Notes: generated by a model from the letters alone, not told the origin. Counted from the first letter of the stretch, positions 29,054-38,944 are shown. The stretch is DNA of 64,000 nt from an uncultured Elusimicrobia bacterium (GCA_903881545.1 CAIRTQ010000036.1:3772-67771), one strand, 5' to 3'. Numbers and translations: made by a program.

Positions 29054-29248
29054 ATGGCATTCAAGTGTTCCATCTGCGAGAAGGGCCCGGTCGCGGGCTT
29101 TAGCTACAGCCATTCCAACCGAGGCACCAAACGCATCTTCCGGCCCAATCTCCAGCGGCAGAAGGTCGTCCTCGACGGGCGCACGCGCACGGCCTATGTC
29201 TGCACGGACTGCATCAAGTCCGGACGGGCCGTCCGCCCCGTCCGCTGA
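29054..29248 (+). CDS. rpmB: 50S ribosomal protein L28 (zinc-ribbon C+ form)
   Basis: MAFKCSICEKGPVAGFSYSHSNRGTKRIFRPNLQ..CTDC. AAGGAAAT RBS. Confidence 0.85.
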   Translation: MAFKCSICEKGPVAGFSYSHSNRGTKRIFRPNLQRQKVVLDGRTRTAYVCTDCIKSGRAVRPVR

Positions 29249-29550
29249 AGAACCCCAAGGCCGAAGGCCTTTGCTGGAATTGCCGCAAGCCGGCCGCGGC
29301 CGAAGACAACTTCTGCCGTTTCTGCGGCAATTCCCTCACCGGGTTCCCCTGGTACTACCAGCACTGGGGCATCATCCTGCTCTCGCTGCTGGCGTTGGGC
29401 CCCTTCGGCCTCATATTGGTGTGGCGCTCCCCCGTGCTCTCGCGGACCGCGCAGTGGGTCTATACCGCAATCATATTGCTCCTCACTTACCGGCTCGCCA
29501 TCATCTGCTACCGCGCCTGGCTACTCATCAGCGGACTGCTGGCGGCATGA
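29248..29550 (+). CDS. Small zinc-ribbon (CxxC..CxxC) membrane protein, no canonical start codon
   Basis: Frame 1 translation is KNPKAEGLCWNCRKPAAAEDNFCRFCGNSLTGFPWYYQHWGIILLSLLALGPFGLILVW...AA*. Classic zinc-ribbon plus 2 TM. Frame is open back to 29104 with no ATG/GTG/TTG, and it lies -1 relative to the rpmB stop. Confidence 0.4.
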   Translation, partial: KNPKAEGLCWNCRKPAAAEDNFCRFCGNSLTGFPWYYQHWGIILLSLLALGPFGLILVWRSPVLSRTAQWVYTAIILLLTYRLAIICYRAWLLISGLLAA

Positions 29551-29585
29551 TGCACGGCGCTCTGCCCGTCGGCTTCTGAGCCGGT

Positions 29586-30668
29586 ATGTCCGAAACCCTG
29601 GCGCTCTTCCGCCTCCTGACATCGGTCCCGACCGCACCTTTCTACGAGTCCGCGGTCTCGGATAAAGCCCTGGGCTGGATCCGCCGCAGGCTGGGCGGCC
29701 GCGTCCAGGTCCGCCGCCTGCGGGGCGGCCTGATCGTTTCTTATCGCGGCGCCGGTCCGGGTCCGGCCTTGGTCCTGGCCGCGCACCTGGACCATCCCGG
29801 CTTCCATCTGCAGGCGGTCACCTCCCGAGGCGCCCGCGCCCTCTTGCGCGGCGGACACCCAAGACATCTGCTCGCGGGAGCGTCAGTGGAAGCCTTCTTG
29901 GACAAGCCCAAGGACAACCGGCCGGCGGCGATCGGCGTGCTCGGAGTCGCTCCTAAACGGGGCGACGCCTTCGCTTTGACCTGGACCAAGAAACCCCAGC
30001 CAGGGGCCAAACCGACTTTTGCGGTCCTCTCCTTGGTCCCTTGCCAGGTGCGCGACGGCTGGCTGGCCTCCCGATCCATAGACGACATCGCGGGCTGCGC
30101 CATCATCCTAGAGACCCTGCGCAGCGTCGTCCGGGCGCGCCTGAAGACCAACCTCAAGGTCTTCCTGCATCGGGCCGAAGAGGTCGGGTTCGTCGGCGCG
30201 CTCGATTTCGCGCGGCGCGGCCTGGCCGCGCCGGGAGATTCGGTCCTCTCCATAGAAGCCTCGCGCTCCCTTCCCGGCGCGCGGCCGGGCCGAGGCCCGG
30301 TGGTGCGCACGGGCGACAAGGCCGTCCTCTTCGACGCGAACCTTCTGGCCTTGCTGGACTCGGCCGCGTCCGGCCTGCGCCGGCGCCGCATCCCGGTCCA
30401 AAGGAAACGCCTGACCGGCGGCACCTGCGAGGCCACCGCCTACCAAGCCTTCGGCTACGAGACCGCGGGCGTGGCCATCCCTCTGCGCAACTATCACAAC
30501 GGCATCGGCGCGCGGCGCATCGCGCCAGAGCTAGTCCGCCGCGATGATGTCTCGGGCTGCGTGGAGCTTCTCTGCGCGGCCGCCCGCCTCTTCCCGGCCG
30601 CGCCTTTGCGCGGCCATTGGCGCCGCCGCCTAGAGCTGCGCCAGCGCCGCGGCGAGCGTCAGCTTTAA
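29586..30668 (+). CDS. M42-family metallopeptidase (FrvX/glutamyl aminopeptidase-like)
   Basis: 360 aa with AAHLDHPGF metal-binding motif and IDDIAGCA. Confidence 0.75.
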   Translation: MSETLALFRLLTSVPTAPFYESAVSDKALGWIRRRLGGRVQVRRLRGGLIVSYRGAGPGPALVLAAHLDHPGFHLQAVTSRGARALLRGGHPRHLLAGASVEAFLDKPKDNRPAAIGVLGVAPKRGDAFALTWTKKPQPGAKPTFAVLSLVPCQVRDGWLASRSIDDIAGCAIILETLRSVVRARLKTNLKVFLHRAEEVGFVGALDFARRGLAAPGDSVLSIEASRSLPGARPGRGPVVRTGDKAVLFDANLLALLDSAASGLRRRRIPVQRKRLTGGTCEATAYQAFGYETAGVAIPLRNYHNGIGARRIAPELVRRDDVSGCVELLCAAARLFPAAPLRGHWRRRLELRQRRGERQL

Positions 30669-30674
30669 TCCGGC

Positions 30675-31661
30675 CTAGCCTTTATTGCCGCCACCGAAAA
30701 AACGCTGCCACCACGGGGACTTCTCCGGGATGTCCAGCGCGGCGCGCACGACCCGTAGGCGCTGCGCGGCCGGGACCTCCGCGTCGCCGCAGACTCCGGC
30801 GGAGAAGCGGACCCGCACCAGCAGCGCTGGGGACTCCGCGCTGGCGCCGCCGGCGGGGGCCGCCTCGATGGCCTCCACCAACGCTGGGATGGGCGCGGGG
30901 CCTTTTTCTGAATGCCCGCCGAGGAACTTGGCCAGATACTTGGCGATGTCGCGGTCATCGGCGATACAGGCTGCCGCCATATCCCCGGCGCGCAGTTCGG
31001 CCGCGGGCATGCCGTCCGGGTCTTGTTCCAGGTTGACCGTCAGGATCAACAGCTCGTCAAGCCAGGGGCCGCGGACCACGGCGGGGCGCACCCGGTCCAG
31101 ACGCGCCGCCGCCGGCTGCAAGGATTGGAATTGCCCCATGTCCAGGACGTCCTTCTTCAGTTTGAGTTCGAGCGCCCGGGTGCGCAGGCTGCGCCTCAGC
31201 AGCTCGGCCAGGTCGGCCTGGACCGTCTCCGTCCCTCCGGGCTGGGAGTCAAAATGCCCGGCCGCGGCGCTGGAGCGCAGGTGGTTGGCCACCGCGACCT
31301 CCAGTTCCAGGCTCTCGTTGGGCAGGCTCCCTTCCCACAGGCGGCAGCCGCACAAGTGCTTCTCGAACTCGAACCAATCCTTCTCCAGGCTCACGGCGCA
31401 GACCGCGGGGTTGAAGGAAATCACCGCCCGGCAGCGCAAGACCGCGCGTGACTTCGTGTTGAGCACCGCGAGCAGAAGCCCATAAAGGTTCTGCTCGGAA
31501 TCGATGAGCTTGCCCTTGAAGACCACGACGCTCTTGTGCAGCTTGGGGATGGCCTTGACCGCCTCCTCAACGACATAGCCACACATCTCCAGGGCGAGCT
31601 CCGCCTCGCCCCGGTCGCAGCCGGTCTCCTCCATCAGCAGGACGATCTTATCCGGGATCAT
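30675..31661 (-). CDS. Hypothetical protein with N-terminal UBA-like helical domain
   Basis: MIPDKIVLLMEETGCDRGEAELALEMCGYVVEEAVKAI resembles NAC/UBA-type three-helix bundles. The rest has no recognisable family. Confidence 0.4.
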   Translation of the reverse strand: MIPDKIVLLMEETGCDRGEAELALEMCGYVVEEAVKAIPKLHKSVVVFKGKLIDSEQNLYGLLLAVLNTKSRAVLRCRAVISFNPAVCAVSLEKDWFEFEKHLCGCRLWEGSLPNESLELEVAVANHLRSSAAAGHFDSQPGGTETVQADLAELLRRSLRTRALELKLKKDVLDMGQFQSLQPAAARLDRVRPAVVRGPWLDELLILTVNLEQDPDGMPAAELRAGDMAAACIADDRDIAKYLAKFLGGHSEKGPAPIPALVEAIEAAPAGGASAESPALLVRVRFSAGVCGDAEVPAAQRLRVVRAALDIPEKSPWWQRFFGGGNKG

Positions 31662-32566
31662 GCCGCCGGCCTCTCCGGGGCGCGCGGATGCGCCTTCCGG
31701 TAGACCTCTTGAAGCTTCTCCAAGGAGATATGGGTGTAGATCTGGGTAGTAGCCAGGCTCCGATGGCCGAGCATCTCCTGCACCGCGCGCAGATCACAAC
31801 CAGCGTTGAGGAGGTGCGTGGCGAAGCTATGCCGGAAAGCGTGCGGGGTAACGGACTTCAGCCAGCCGGCGCGCCGCAGCCAGGCCTTGAGGATGAAGGC
31901 CACCCCCGCGTCCGAAAGCCGCTGCCCCCGCGCGTTGACGAAGAGCGGGCTATCGCCGCGGGCCGAGCCGGGACCTCTCTGGCGCAGGTAGTCGCGCAGC
32001 CCAGTCAGGGCGGAAAGTCCCACGGGCACGATCCGCTCCCGGGAGCCTTTCCCGAAGACCCGAACGAATCCCGATACGAAGTCCACATCGCCGACGCTGA
32101 GCGCCGCGAGCTCCGAACGGCGCAGGCCGCTGGAATAGAGCAGCTCCAGGATGGCCCGGTCGCGCTCCCGGAAAGGGGAGCGGGCCGGCGCGGCGCGGCT
32201 CAAGAGCCCGCCCATCTCGCCCTCGGTCAGAAACTTGGGCAGGCGCGCCTCCTTGCGGGGCAGAGGCAAGGCGCAAAAAGGATCCCCGGTCATGGCGCCC
32301 TCCTGACGCAGGAACCGGAAGAAGGCCCGCAGTGCCGATATCCGGCGCAGGACCGTGTTGCGGCTGTAGACGACCGCGCCGGCGCCGGCTCCGGGCAGCT
32401 CGGCCAGATAGGTCCGGACCTGGTTGCGGGATATGTCGGCCGGCCCGGCATCGGGGAAGCGCTTGAGGAACCGCTCCAGATCCGACTCATAGGCGCGCAA
32501 GGTGTGGGCCGAATAGTTACGCGCGCCCCGCAAGTGCATGAGGAACTTCCGCGCCCAATTGCGCAA
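31658..32566 (-). CDS. Tyrosine recombinase XerC/XerD family (chromosome dimer resolution)
   Basis: R..H..R..Y catalytic residues (HAFRHSFATHLL...LGHRSLATTQIYTH). Sits in the housekeeping dprA-topA-xer context. Confidence 0.85.
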   Translation of the reverse strand: MRNWARKFLMHLRGARNYSAHTLRAYESDLERFLKRFPDAGPADISRNQVRTYLAELPGAGAGAVVYSRNTVLRRISALRAFFRFLRQEGAMTGDPFCALPLPRKEARLPKFLTEGEMGGLLSRAAPARSPFRERDRAILELLYSSGLRRSELAALSVGDVDFVSGFVRVFGKGSRERIVPVGLSALTGLRDYLRQRGPGSARGDSPLFVNARGQRLSDAGVAFILKAWLRRAGWLKSVTPHAFRHSFATHLLNAGCDLRAVQEMLGHRSLATTQIYTHISLEKLQEVYRKAHPRAPERPAA

Positions 32567-32577
32567 CGGCCGCTCCC

Positions 32578-34953
32578 CTACGCGGCCGGCGCGCGCCGGG
32601 CCCGGAGCGCCTCAGCCTCGCCGTGCAGCGCTGCCCCTTCCTCTTTGGAAACAGGCTTGATGTTGCGGCACTTCGGGAAGCCCGCACAGGCGAGAAAATG
32701 GCCCCGCTTGCCTAGGCGCAGCCACATGAAGGTGCCGCACTTCTCGCATTTGCGGGAGGTGGCGACGGGCCGGGAGCCCTCGATCTTGCGGCCCTCAGCG
32801 TCGAGCGAGAAGGTGTTCTTGCAAGCGGGATAGCCGGAACAGGCCAGGAAGCGCCCCTTGCGCCCCATGCGGATAACCATGGGTTTGCCGCAGATATCGC
32901 AGGACTCGTCGGTCTTTTCGGGCACGATCTTCTCTCCATCCGCGCCGATCTGCACCTTGCCCTTGCACTTAGGGAAGGCGGTGCAGGAGAGGTATTTTCC
33001 GAAGCGGCTCTCGCGGATGAGCATGGGCTGCCCGCAGACCGGGCATTTCTCATCCGATTTCTTGGGCTCGACCCGGGAGACCTTCATGTCCTTGGCCGCG
33101 GCCTGCAGGGCCCGGTGGAAGGGCTGGTAGAAATCACCCACCACCTGCGTCCAGCGGCCATGTCCCTCCGCGATCTGGTCGAGGCGCTCCTCGACCTCGG
33201 CCGTGTAGGTGAGGCTGACCACATCCGGAAAGTGGCCCTTGAGCTTCTCCGTGACCAGCACGCCCAGGTCCGTGGGCAGGAGCCTGCGGTCCTTTATCCC
33301 ACGCCGGACATAGCCGCGGTCGACGATGGTCTTGATGGTCGGGGCGTAGGTCGAAGGCCGGCCGATGCCATGCTTTTCCATGGCCCGGATCAGGCTGGCC
33401 TCGTTGTAGAACGGAGGCGGGCTGCTGCGGTGCTCCTGCGGCTTGAGTTCGGAGAGCTTGAGGATGTCCCCCACCTCCAAGGACGGCAGCCGGCCGGCCG
33501 TCTCCTCGTCTGCGGCATCCTCATCTGCGGCCTCGCCCTCGGCAGTGGTCGGGAGCTGATGAGCCTTGAGGAAGCCGTCGAAGCGCAGCGTGCGGCCCGT
33601 GGCGTGGAACAGAGCCGGCCCGCTCTCGATGTCGGCGGCGACGGTATCGTAAAGGGCCTCGGTCATCTGGCTGGCCACGAAGCGCTTCCAGATGAGCTCG
33701 TAGAGGCGAGCCTGGTCCGGGTTAAGGCGCGCGGCCATGTCCTCCGGCCGGCGCTTGACGCTGGTCGGGCGGATGGCCTCGTGCGCCTCCTGCGCGCCCC
33801 GGGCCTTGGTCTGGTAGGAAGGCGGCTGGGCCGGGACATACTCCGGGCCGTATTGCTCGCGGATGAAAGCGGCGGCCTCCTGAACGGCCGACTTGGATAT
33901 GAAGAAGGAATCCGTGCGCATGTAGGTGATGAGACCCTCGGACTCTCCCGCGCCCAGGTCCACGCCTTCGTAGAGGGACTGGGCCACGCGCATGGTGCGC
34001 TCGGCCGCGAAGCCCAAGCCGCCAGAGGAGGCCTGCTGCATGGTGCTGGTGGAGAAAGGCGCCGGCGGCCGGCGCCGGGCCTCCTTGCGCTCCACCTTGA
34101 CCACCTTGAAAGCCCCGGCGGAGAGGGCCTGGACCACGCCCTGGGCCTGCTCGGCGGACTTGAGCGTCGTGGTCTTGACGCGGTACTGCTCGGCGAAGAG
34201 CTCGTAGCTGCGCCCCGACTCGACCTTCTCACCCTGCCAATGGGATAGCTGCGCCTCGAAGGGCGGCGGCGCGCCTGCCTTTTCCAGGACCGCCGACAAG
34301 GACCAGAACGCCTCGAGGGCGAACTCCCGGATCTCCCGGTCCCGCTCCGCGATGAGCCGCACGGCCACGGACTGCACCCGGCCAGCGGAGAGGCCGCTCT
34401 GGATCTTGGTCCAAAGCAACGGAGAGAGCAAATAGCCCACCAGACGGTCGATGACGCGCCGGGCCTGCTGGGCTTGCACCAGATGGGCGTCGATATGCCG
34501 CGGCGCGGCCAAGGCCTCGGCGATGGCGTGATGAGTGATCTCATGGAAAGTGATGCGCCGGACTTTGTGTGCGTCGAGGCCCAGGACCTCTACGAGATGC
34601 CAGGCGATGGACTCGCCTTCCCGGTCATGGTCGGTCGCGAGATAGACCGCCGGAGCCTTGGCCGCCAAAGCCTTGAATTCCGGCAACATCTTCTTAGCCC
34701 GGGGCAGGACCACATATTGCGGATTGAATTTGTCCTCCACATCCACCCCGAGCTTCTTGACCGGCAGGTCGCGGACATGGCCATAGGAGCTGCGCACGAT
34801 ATACTCGTCCTTTAGAAAACGGGCGATAGTCCTTTCCTTGGCCGGCGACTCCACGATGACCAGGCAGGGCGAAAGAATCTTCTTCTTGGCCGCCTTAGCG
34901 GCCGGGGTCACGGCGACCTTCTTAGTTACCTTCTTAGTCGGCTTTTTTGGCAT
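32578..34953 (-). CDS. topA: DNA topoisomerase I with C-terminal zinc ribbons
   Basis: Toprim TDHDREGE, CAP-domain Tyr region, four C4 zinc-ribbon repeats at the C-terminus. Confidence 0.9.
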   Translation of the reverse strand: MPKKPTKKVTKKVAVTPAAKAAKKKILSPCLVIVESPAKERTIARFLKDEYIVRSSYGHVRDLPVKKLGVDVEDKFNPQYVVLPRAKKMLPEFKALAAKAPAVYLATDHDREGESIAWHLVEVLGLDAHKVRRITFHEITHHAIAEALAAPRHIDAHLVQAQQARRVIDRLVGYLLSPLLWTKIQSGLSAGRVQSVAVRLIAERDREIREFALEAFWSLSAVLEKAGAPPPFEAQLSHWQGEKVESGRSYELFAEQYRVKTTTLKSAEQAQGVVQALSAGAFKVVKVERKEARRRPPAPFSTSTMQQASSGGLGFAAERTMRVAQSLYEGVDLGAGESEGLITYMRTDSFFISKSAVQEAAAFIREQYGPEYVPAQPPSYQTKARGAQEAHEAIRPTSVKRRPEDMAARLNPDQARLYELIWKRFVASQMTEALYDTVAADIESGPALFHATGRTLRFDGFLKAHQLPTTAEGEAADEDAADEETAGRLPSLEVGDILKLSELKPQEHRSSPPPFYNEASLIRAMEKHGIGRPSTYAPTIKTIVDRGYVRRGIKDRRLLPTDLGVLVTEKLKGHFPDVVSLTYTAEVEERLDQIAEGHGRWTQVVGDFYQPFHRALQAAAKDMKVSRVEPKKSDEKCPVCGQPMLIRESRFGKYLSCTAFPKCKGKVQIGADGEKIVPEKTDESCDICGKPMVIRMGRKGRFLACSGYPACKNTFSLDAEGRKIEGSRPVATSRKCEKCGTFMWLRLGKRGHFLACAGFPKCRNIKPVSKEEGAALHGEAEALRARRAPAA

Positions 34954-36040
34954 AGCGTTGTCCGGGCACGGCCGAGATGAGGTCCTGAAGCTCCATTTCG
35001 ATGAGAGTGTGGGAAAGATTTCCGATTTCCAGCCCCGACTCCAGACCCAGCTCTTCCAGAGAGCGCGTCTCGGAGCCCAGCAATTCTAGGATTTTTTTGT
35101 GCGCGGGAGCGAGGAGAAGCGCCTCTTTGCCGGCAACCGGCTCCGGCGTTCGGCCCCGGCAGCCCGGCGGGAGCTCCGGCCAAACATCGGCCATGGACCG
35201 CGCCAGCTTGGCGCCCTGGCTGATGAGGCGCAAGGGCGCCTCGCTCAAAGGCGAATCCGCGGGGCCGGGCACGGCGAAGACCTCCCGGCCTTGTTCCACG
35301 GCCAGGCGCGCGGTGATCAGCGCGCCGGACTTATCCCGCCCTTCCACCACCACGGTGCCCCAACTCAGGCCCGCCACGACGCGGTTGCGGCGCGGGAAAT
35401 TCCCCGGCCAAGGCTCGGTGTCGAGAGGGAACTCGCTGAGCACGCAGCCGCCCGCCGCCGCGATCTCATGCGCCAGGGCAGCATTCTCCGGAGGGTAGAT
35501 ATTGGCCAAACCGCTGCCCAGGACCGCCCAAGTGGTCCCGCCCGCCTGCAAGGCGGCCTGATGCGCCTCGGTGTCTATGCCGCGCGCCAGGCCGCTGACG
35601 ATGACCAGGCGGCTGGCCGCCTCCCGGGCAAACCGCCGGGCCATGCGGCGGCCGTAGGGCGTGGGCTGGCGCGAGCCGACGATGGCCAAGGCGTCGCGCT
35701 GGCCGTCGAGGGTCCCCCAGGCATACAGCACCAGCGGGGCGTCGGCCACGGACCTCAAGGCGTCCGGAAAATCCGGCTCATCCCAGGCCAAGACGCGCAA
35801 CCCTAGATCCTGAGCCCGCTCCCACTCGCGCAGAGGGTCGTACTGGCTCAGTGCATGCCGCAGGCGCTCGGCGTCATCGAACCTGAGTTCGCCGGCCGCG
35901 GCCAGTCCGGCCGCGGAGGCTTGGCTCAGCTGATCCAGGCCCACCTTGCCGGCGATGCGGCGCAGCAGGTCCGGCCGCAAGGACGAGGCCGCATTGAGCC
36001 GCAGCCAGGCCGCGAGCGTCCCGGATGGGGCCTGGCTCAC
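34934..36040 (-). CDS. dprA: DNA processing protein DprA (Smf)
   Basis: LAIVGSRQPTPYGRRMARRFA...GLARGID Rossmann-fold DprA signature. Confidence 0.85.
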   Translation of the reverse strand: MSQAPSGTLAAWLRLNAASSLRPDLLRRIAGKVGLDQLSQASAAGLAAAGELRFDDAERLRHALSQYDPLREWERAQDLGLRVLAWDEPDFPDALRSVADAPLVLYAWGTLDGQRDALAIVGSRQPTPYGRRMARRFAREAASRLVIVSGLARGIDTEAHQAALQAGGTTWAVLGSGLANIYPPENAALAHEIAAAGGCVLSEFPLDTEPWPGNFPRRNRVVAGLSWGTVVVEGRDKSGALITARLAVEQGREVFAVPGPADSPLSEAPLRLISQGAKLARSMADVWPELPPGCRGRTPEPVAGKEALLLAPAHKKILELLGSETRSLEELGLESGLEIGNLSHTLIEMELQDLISAVPGQRYAKKAD

Positions 36041-36504
36041 AAGAGTTCCTCGGAGAATCGCTCCTGCCGCCGGGTCCGCTCGGGCTGGGGCGGCCGCGCC
36101 GGCGCGGCCGCTTCCGGCTCGGAAACACGGGCGGCTACGGGGAGCCGCGCGGTGCGGCGGCCGGCCCCGGCGGCCAGCGCATGGACCTCACGGAAAAGCT
36201 CCGGGTCATCCCAGAGCGCCCGCCAGTCGGAGGGTATGCGGCCGGCCGAAACGATGAGCTCGGCCGCGTCCATCTCCAAGGCCGCGGCGATACGCCGCAG
36301 GGAGGCCTCATCGGACGGCGGGCTGCGCTTGCCCGAGAGGACCTTGGAGAAAAAGGAGGGGTCTAGGCCGGCCAGCCGGCAGAGGCCGCGCAGGGTCAAG
36401 CCGCGACGGCGCATGCCGGCCTCTACGCGCTGAGCGAACGGGTCTTTGGATTCCATAGGCGATGTTGTTGACGGCAGGTCATTATCCCAAAAATTCAGTG
36501 CCAT
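36037..36504 (-). CDS. XRE-family helix-turn-helix transcriptional regulator
   Basis: RRGLTLRGLCRLAGLDPSFFSKVLSGKRSP HTH. ATGA overlap with dprA. Confidence 0.65.
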   Translation of the reverse strand: MALNFWDNDLPSTTSPMESKDPFAQRVEAGMRRRGLTLRGLCRLAGLDPSFFSKVLSGKRSPPSDEASLRRIAAALEMDAAELIVSAGRIPSDWRALWDDPELFREVHALAAGAGRRTARLPVAARVSEPEAAAPARPPQPERTRRQERFSEELL

Positions 36505-36508
36505 GTCT

Positions 36509-38041
36509 TTAGGGCCTCAGCCGTTCCAGGCTCCGGTACTGCAAGGCCTCGGCGATGTGCCGGGCCAGGACGCCCCCGCCGCCGTCCAAGTCCGCGATGG
36601 TGCGGGCCACCCTGAGGACCCGGTCCAGGCTGCGGGCGGAGAGGCCGAGCTTGCGCGCCGCCTCGCCGAGGATCTGGACCCCGGCCGGTTCCAAGGCGCA
36701 GGCGCGGCGCAGATCCCGCGGCGGGATGTGGGCGTTGACCGAGAAGTCCTGGGAAGCAAAACGCTCCTGTTGGATGAGCCGCGCCCGCTTGACCCTCTCC
36801 AGGATGCGGCCGGAGGCCTCTTCCTGGCGCGCGGGCCCGGAGGCCGCCCACTGTTCGAACGGCACCGGCGAGACCTCGACCTGGATGTCGATGCGGTCCA
36901 GCAGAGGGCCGGAGAGCCGGGCCAGGTATCGCAACAGGGCCGGGGGCGTGCACAGGCAGGAGCGCACCGGATGCCCTCTCCAGCCGCAAAAGCACAGGTT
37001 GCACGCCGCGACCAAGGAAAATCTGGCCGGGTACTCCACGGTTTCGCGGGCCCGAGCCACCACCACCTTACCATCCTCTAAAGGCTGGCGCAGGGCTTCC
37101 AGGGCCTGTCTGCTGAACTCGGCCAGTTCGTCCAGGAAGAGGACCCCGCCGTGGGCCAAGGAGACCTCGCCGGGCTTAGCCGAGGCTCCGCCCCCGATCA
37201 GGGCCACATGGGAAGCGCCGTGGTGCGGAGCGCGAAACGGCCGCCGGCTGATGAGGCCGGCGCCGCCGCGGTCCTGGCAGACGGAATGGATGCGGGTGAC
37301 TTCCATGGCCTCTTCGCGCGAGAGCCCCGGCAGAATGCCCGGCAAACGCCGGGCCAGCATGGATTTGCCCGAGCCCGGAGGCCCCACCAGTAAGAGATGA
37401 TGCCCGCCGGCCGCGGCAATCTCGAGCGCACGCTTGGCCAAGGGCTGGCCGCGCACATCGGCCAGGTCCAAGTCCCATCCCGCCTCGGCCTCCGGCTCCG
37501 CGGCCGCGCAGGCGGAGAGGGCGGCGCCCGGTTCGCCCCCGAGGAAGCCGGCCACCTCGCGCAGGCTGGCGGCCCCATAAGCGGCGAGGCCCGTGGCCGC
37601 GGCCTCGGACGCATTGTCGCGAGGCACGACGATACCCAGGAATCCCTGCTCCTTGGCCTTAGCCGCCATGGCCAGGACGCCGCGCACCGGCCGCAGGTTT
37701 CCGTCCAGGGCCAACTCGCCCGCGAAGCAAAAGCGCTTCGTCCATTCCCCCGCGAAAAGCTGGCCGGAAGCGCAGAGCGCGGCCAGGGCGATGGGGAGGT
37801 CGAAATGCGAGCCTTGCTTCCTGGACTGGGCCGGCGCCAGGTTGACCGTGACGCGACGCGGCGGGAATTTATAGCCAGAGTTGCGCACCGCGGCGCAGAC
37901 CCGCTCGCGGGCTTCGCGCACCGCCGCGTCCGGCAAGCCGACCGTGGTAAAACCGGGCAGGCCATTGGCCAGGTCCAATTCCACCGTGACCAGGTAGCCC
38001 TCCACCCCGCGCAGGCCGAAAGAGAAGATTCTGGAAAGCAT
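36509..38041 (-). CDS. comM: Mg-chelatase-like AAA+ ATPase YifB/ComM
   Basis: N-terminal Lon-protease-like domain (MLSRIFSFGLRGVEGYLVTVE) and AAA+ GPPGSGKSMLARR. Confidence 0.9.
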   Translation of the reverse strand: MLSRIFSFGLRGVEGYLVTVELDLANGLPGFTTVGLPDAAVREARERVCAAVRNSGYKFPPRRVTVNLAPAQSRKQGSHFDLPIALAALCASGQLFAGEWTKRFCFAGELALDGNLRPVRGVLAMAAKAKEQGFLGIVVPRDNASEAAATGLAAYGAASLREVAGFLGGEPGAALSACAAAEPEAEAGWDLDLADVRGQPLAKRALEIAAAGGHHLLLVGPPGSGKSMLARRLPGILPGLSREEAMEVTRIHSVCQDRGGAGLISRRPFRAPHHGASHVALIGGGASAKPGEVSLAHGGVLFLDELAEFSRQALEALRQPLEDGKVVVARARETVEYPARFSLVAACNLCFCGWRGHPVRSCLCTPPALLRYLARLSGPLLDRIDIQVEVSPVPFEQWAASGPARQEEASGRILERVKRARLIQQERFASQDFSVNAHIPPRDLRRACALEPAGVQILGEAARKLGLSARSLDRVLRVARTIADLDGGGGVLARHIAEALQYRSLERLRP

Positions 38042-38110
38042 GGCGTTCCCTGTAACATACGAGCGAGGGCGCTTTTAGTTCCACCCTCCGCGGCCGAGCC
38101 TCCGGCGCAT

Positions 38111-38122
38111 TTTTGATATAAT
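38111..38122 (+). promoter_or_regulatory. Extended -10 promoter (TTTTGATATAAT) placed for a leaderless transcript of the following gene
   Basis: TGaTATAAT ends 6 nt before the ATG at 38129. No room for an RBS. Confidence 0.45.
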
Positions 38123-38128
38123 CCGGCC

Positions 38129-38944
38129 ATGATTTTGGAGCCCATCAACAGCATCACCAGCATCGAATTCTATAAGAAAGTCGCCCAGCGTTCTCCAGGG
38201 CGGACCATCCTCTACCTGGCGTACCTGTCCGCGCTCTATGCCGTAGGCTCCGCAGTCTGGCTGAACTTATACTCGATGCCCTTGCAGATGAAGACCGTCG
38301 AGTGGCTGGCAGACAAGGTCCCGACCCTCACCTTCGCCGAGGGCCGGCTCTCCAGCGCCGCCAAAGAGCCGGTCACGATCCGGCACCCCGACATCACGCA
38401 GGTCGCGTTCACCTTGGACACCGGGCGCACCGACCCGGTCACTCCCAAGATTCTGCAGGACAGCAAGGTCGCGGCCTATATAACCGGAAACGCCATGTAC
38501 ACCTTGACCCCCAAGGGCCAAATGGAAGTCCACGATTTCTCCAAGGCCCGGACCCTCAAACCCCTGATCATCGACGCCGCGCGCTGGCGCGCCATGGGCC
38601 AGACCATGTCCACGGTCGAGTATCCCGTGGCGTTGTGCGGCTGCTGGCTGGTCTACTTCCTCTGGAAGCTCGCCGCAGCGGCTTTCTTTTCTCTCGTCGC
38701 GCTTTCCATCAACCGCTCGGCTGGGGCCGGCCTGAGCTACCGGGCGCTCTTCAGCATCAGCGCCTACGCCCAGACCCTGACTTTGGCCCTGACTCTGATC
38801 GCGATGCTGGCCTCGGACCGCCTGCCGCCCTTGCTGCACCTGCTCAACGGCAACGCGAACATCATAGCGTTGAGCATCACGACCATCTACATCTGGCTGG
38901 CCGTCAGGAAGAACGCGCCTCTGCCGCCCCAGCCGGTCTCGTGA
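38129..38944 (+). CDS. Hypothetical integral membrane protein
   Basis: 271 aa with an N-terminal TM, a periplasmic-looking middle domain and 3-4 C-terminal TM helices. Confidence 0.55.
   Translation: MILEPINSITSIEFYKKVAQRSPGRTILYLAYLSALYAVGSAVWLNLYSMPLQMKTVEWLADKVPTLTFAEGRLSSAAKEPVTIRHPDITQVAFTLDTGRTDPVTPKILQDSKVAAYITGNAMYTLTPKGQMEVHDFSKARTLKPLIIDAARWRAMGQTMSTVEYPVALCGCWLVYFLWKLAAAAFFSLVALSINRSAGAGLSYRALFSISAYAQTLTLALTLIAMLASDRLPPLLHLLNGNANIIALSITTIYIWLAVRKNAPLPPQPVS

Noticed and set aside
31658-32566. Tyrosine recombinase as marker of a mobile element
   Set aside because: Housekeeping XerC/D context (dprA-topA-xer). No att repeats or phage genes nearby.
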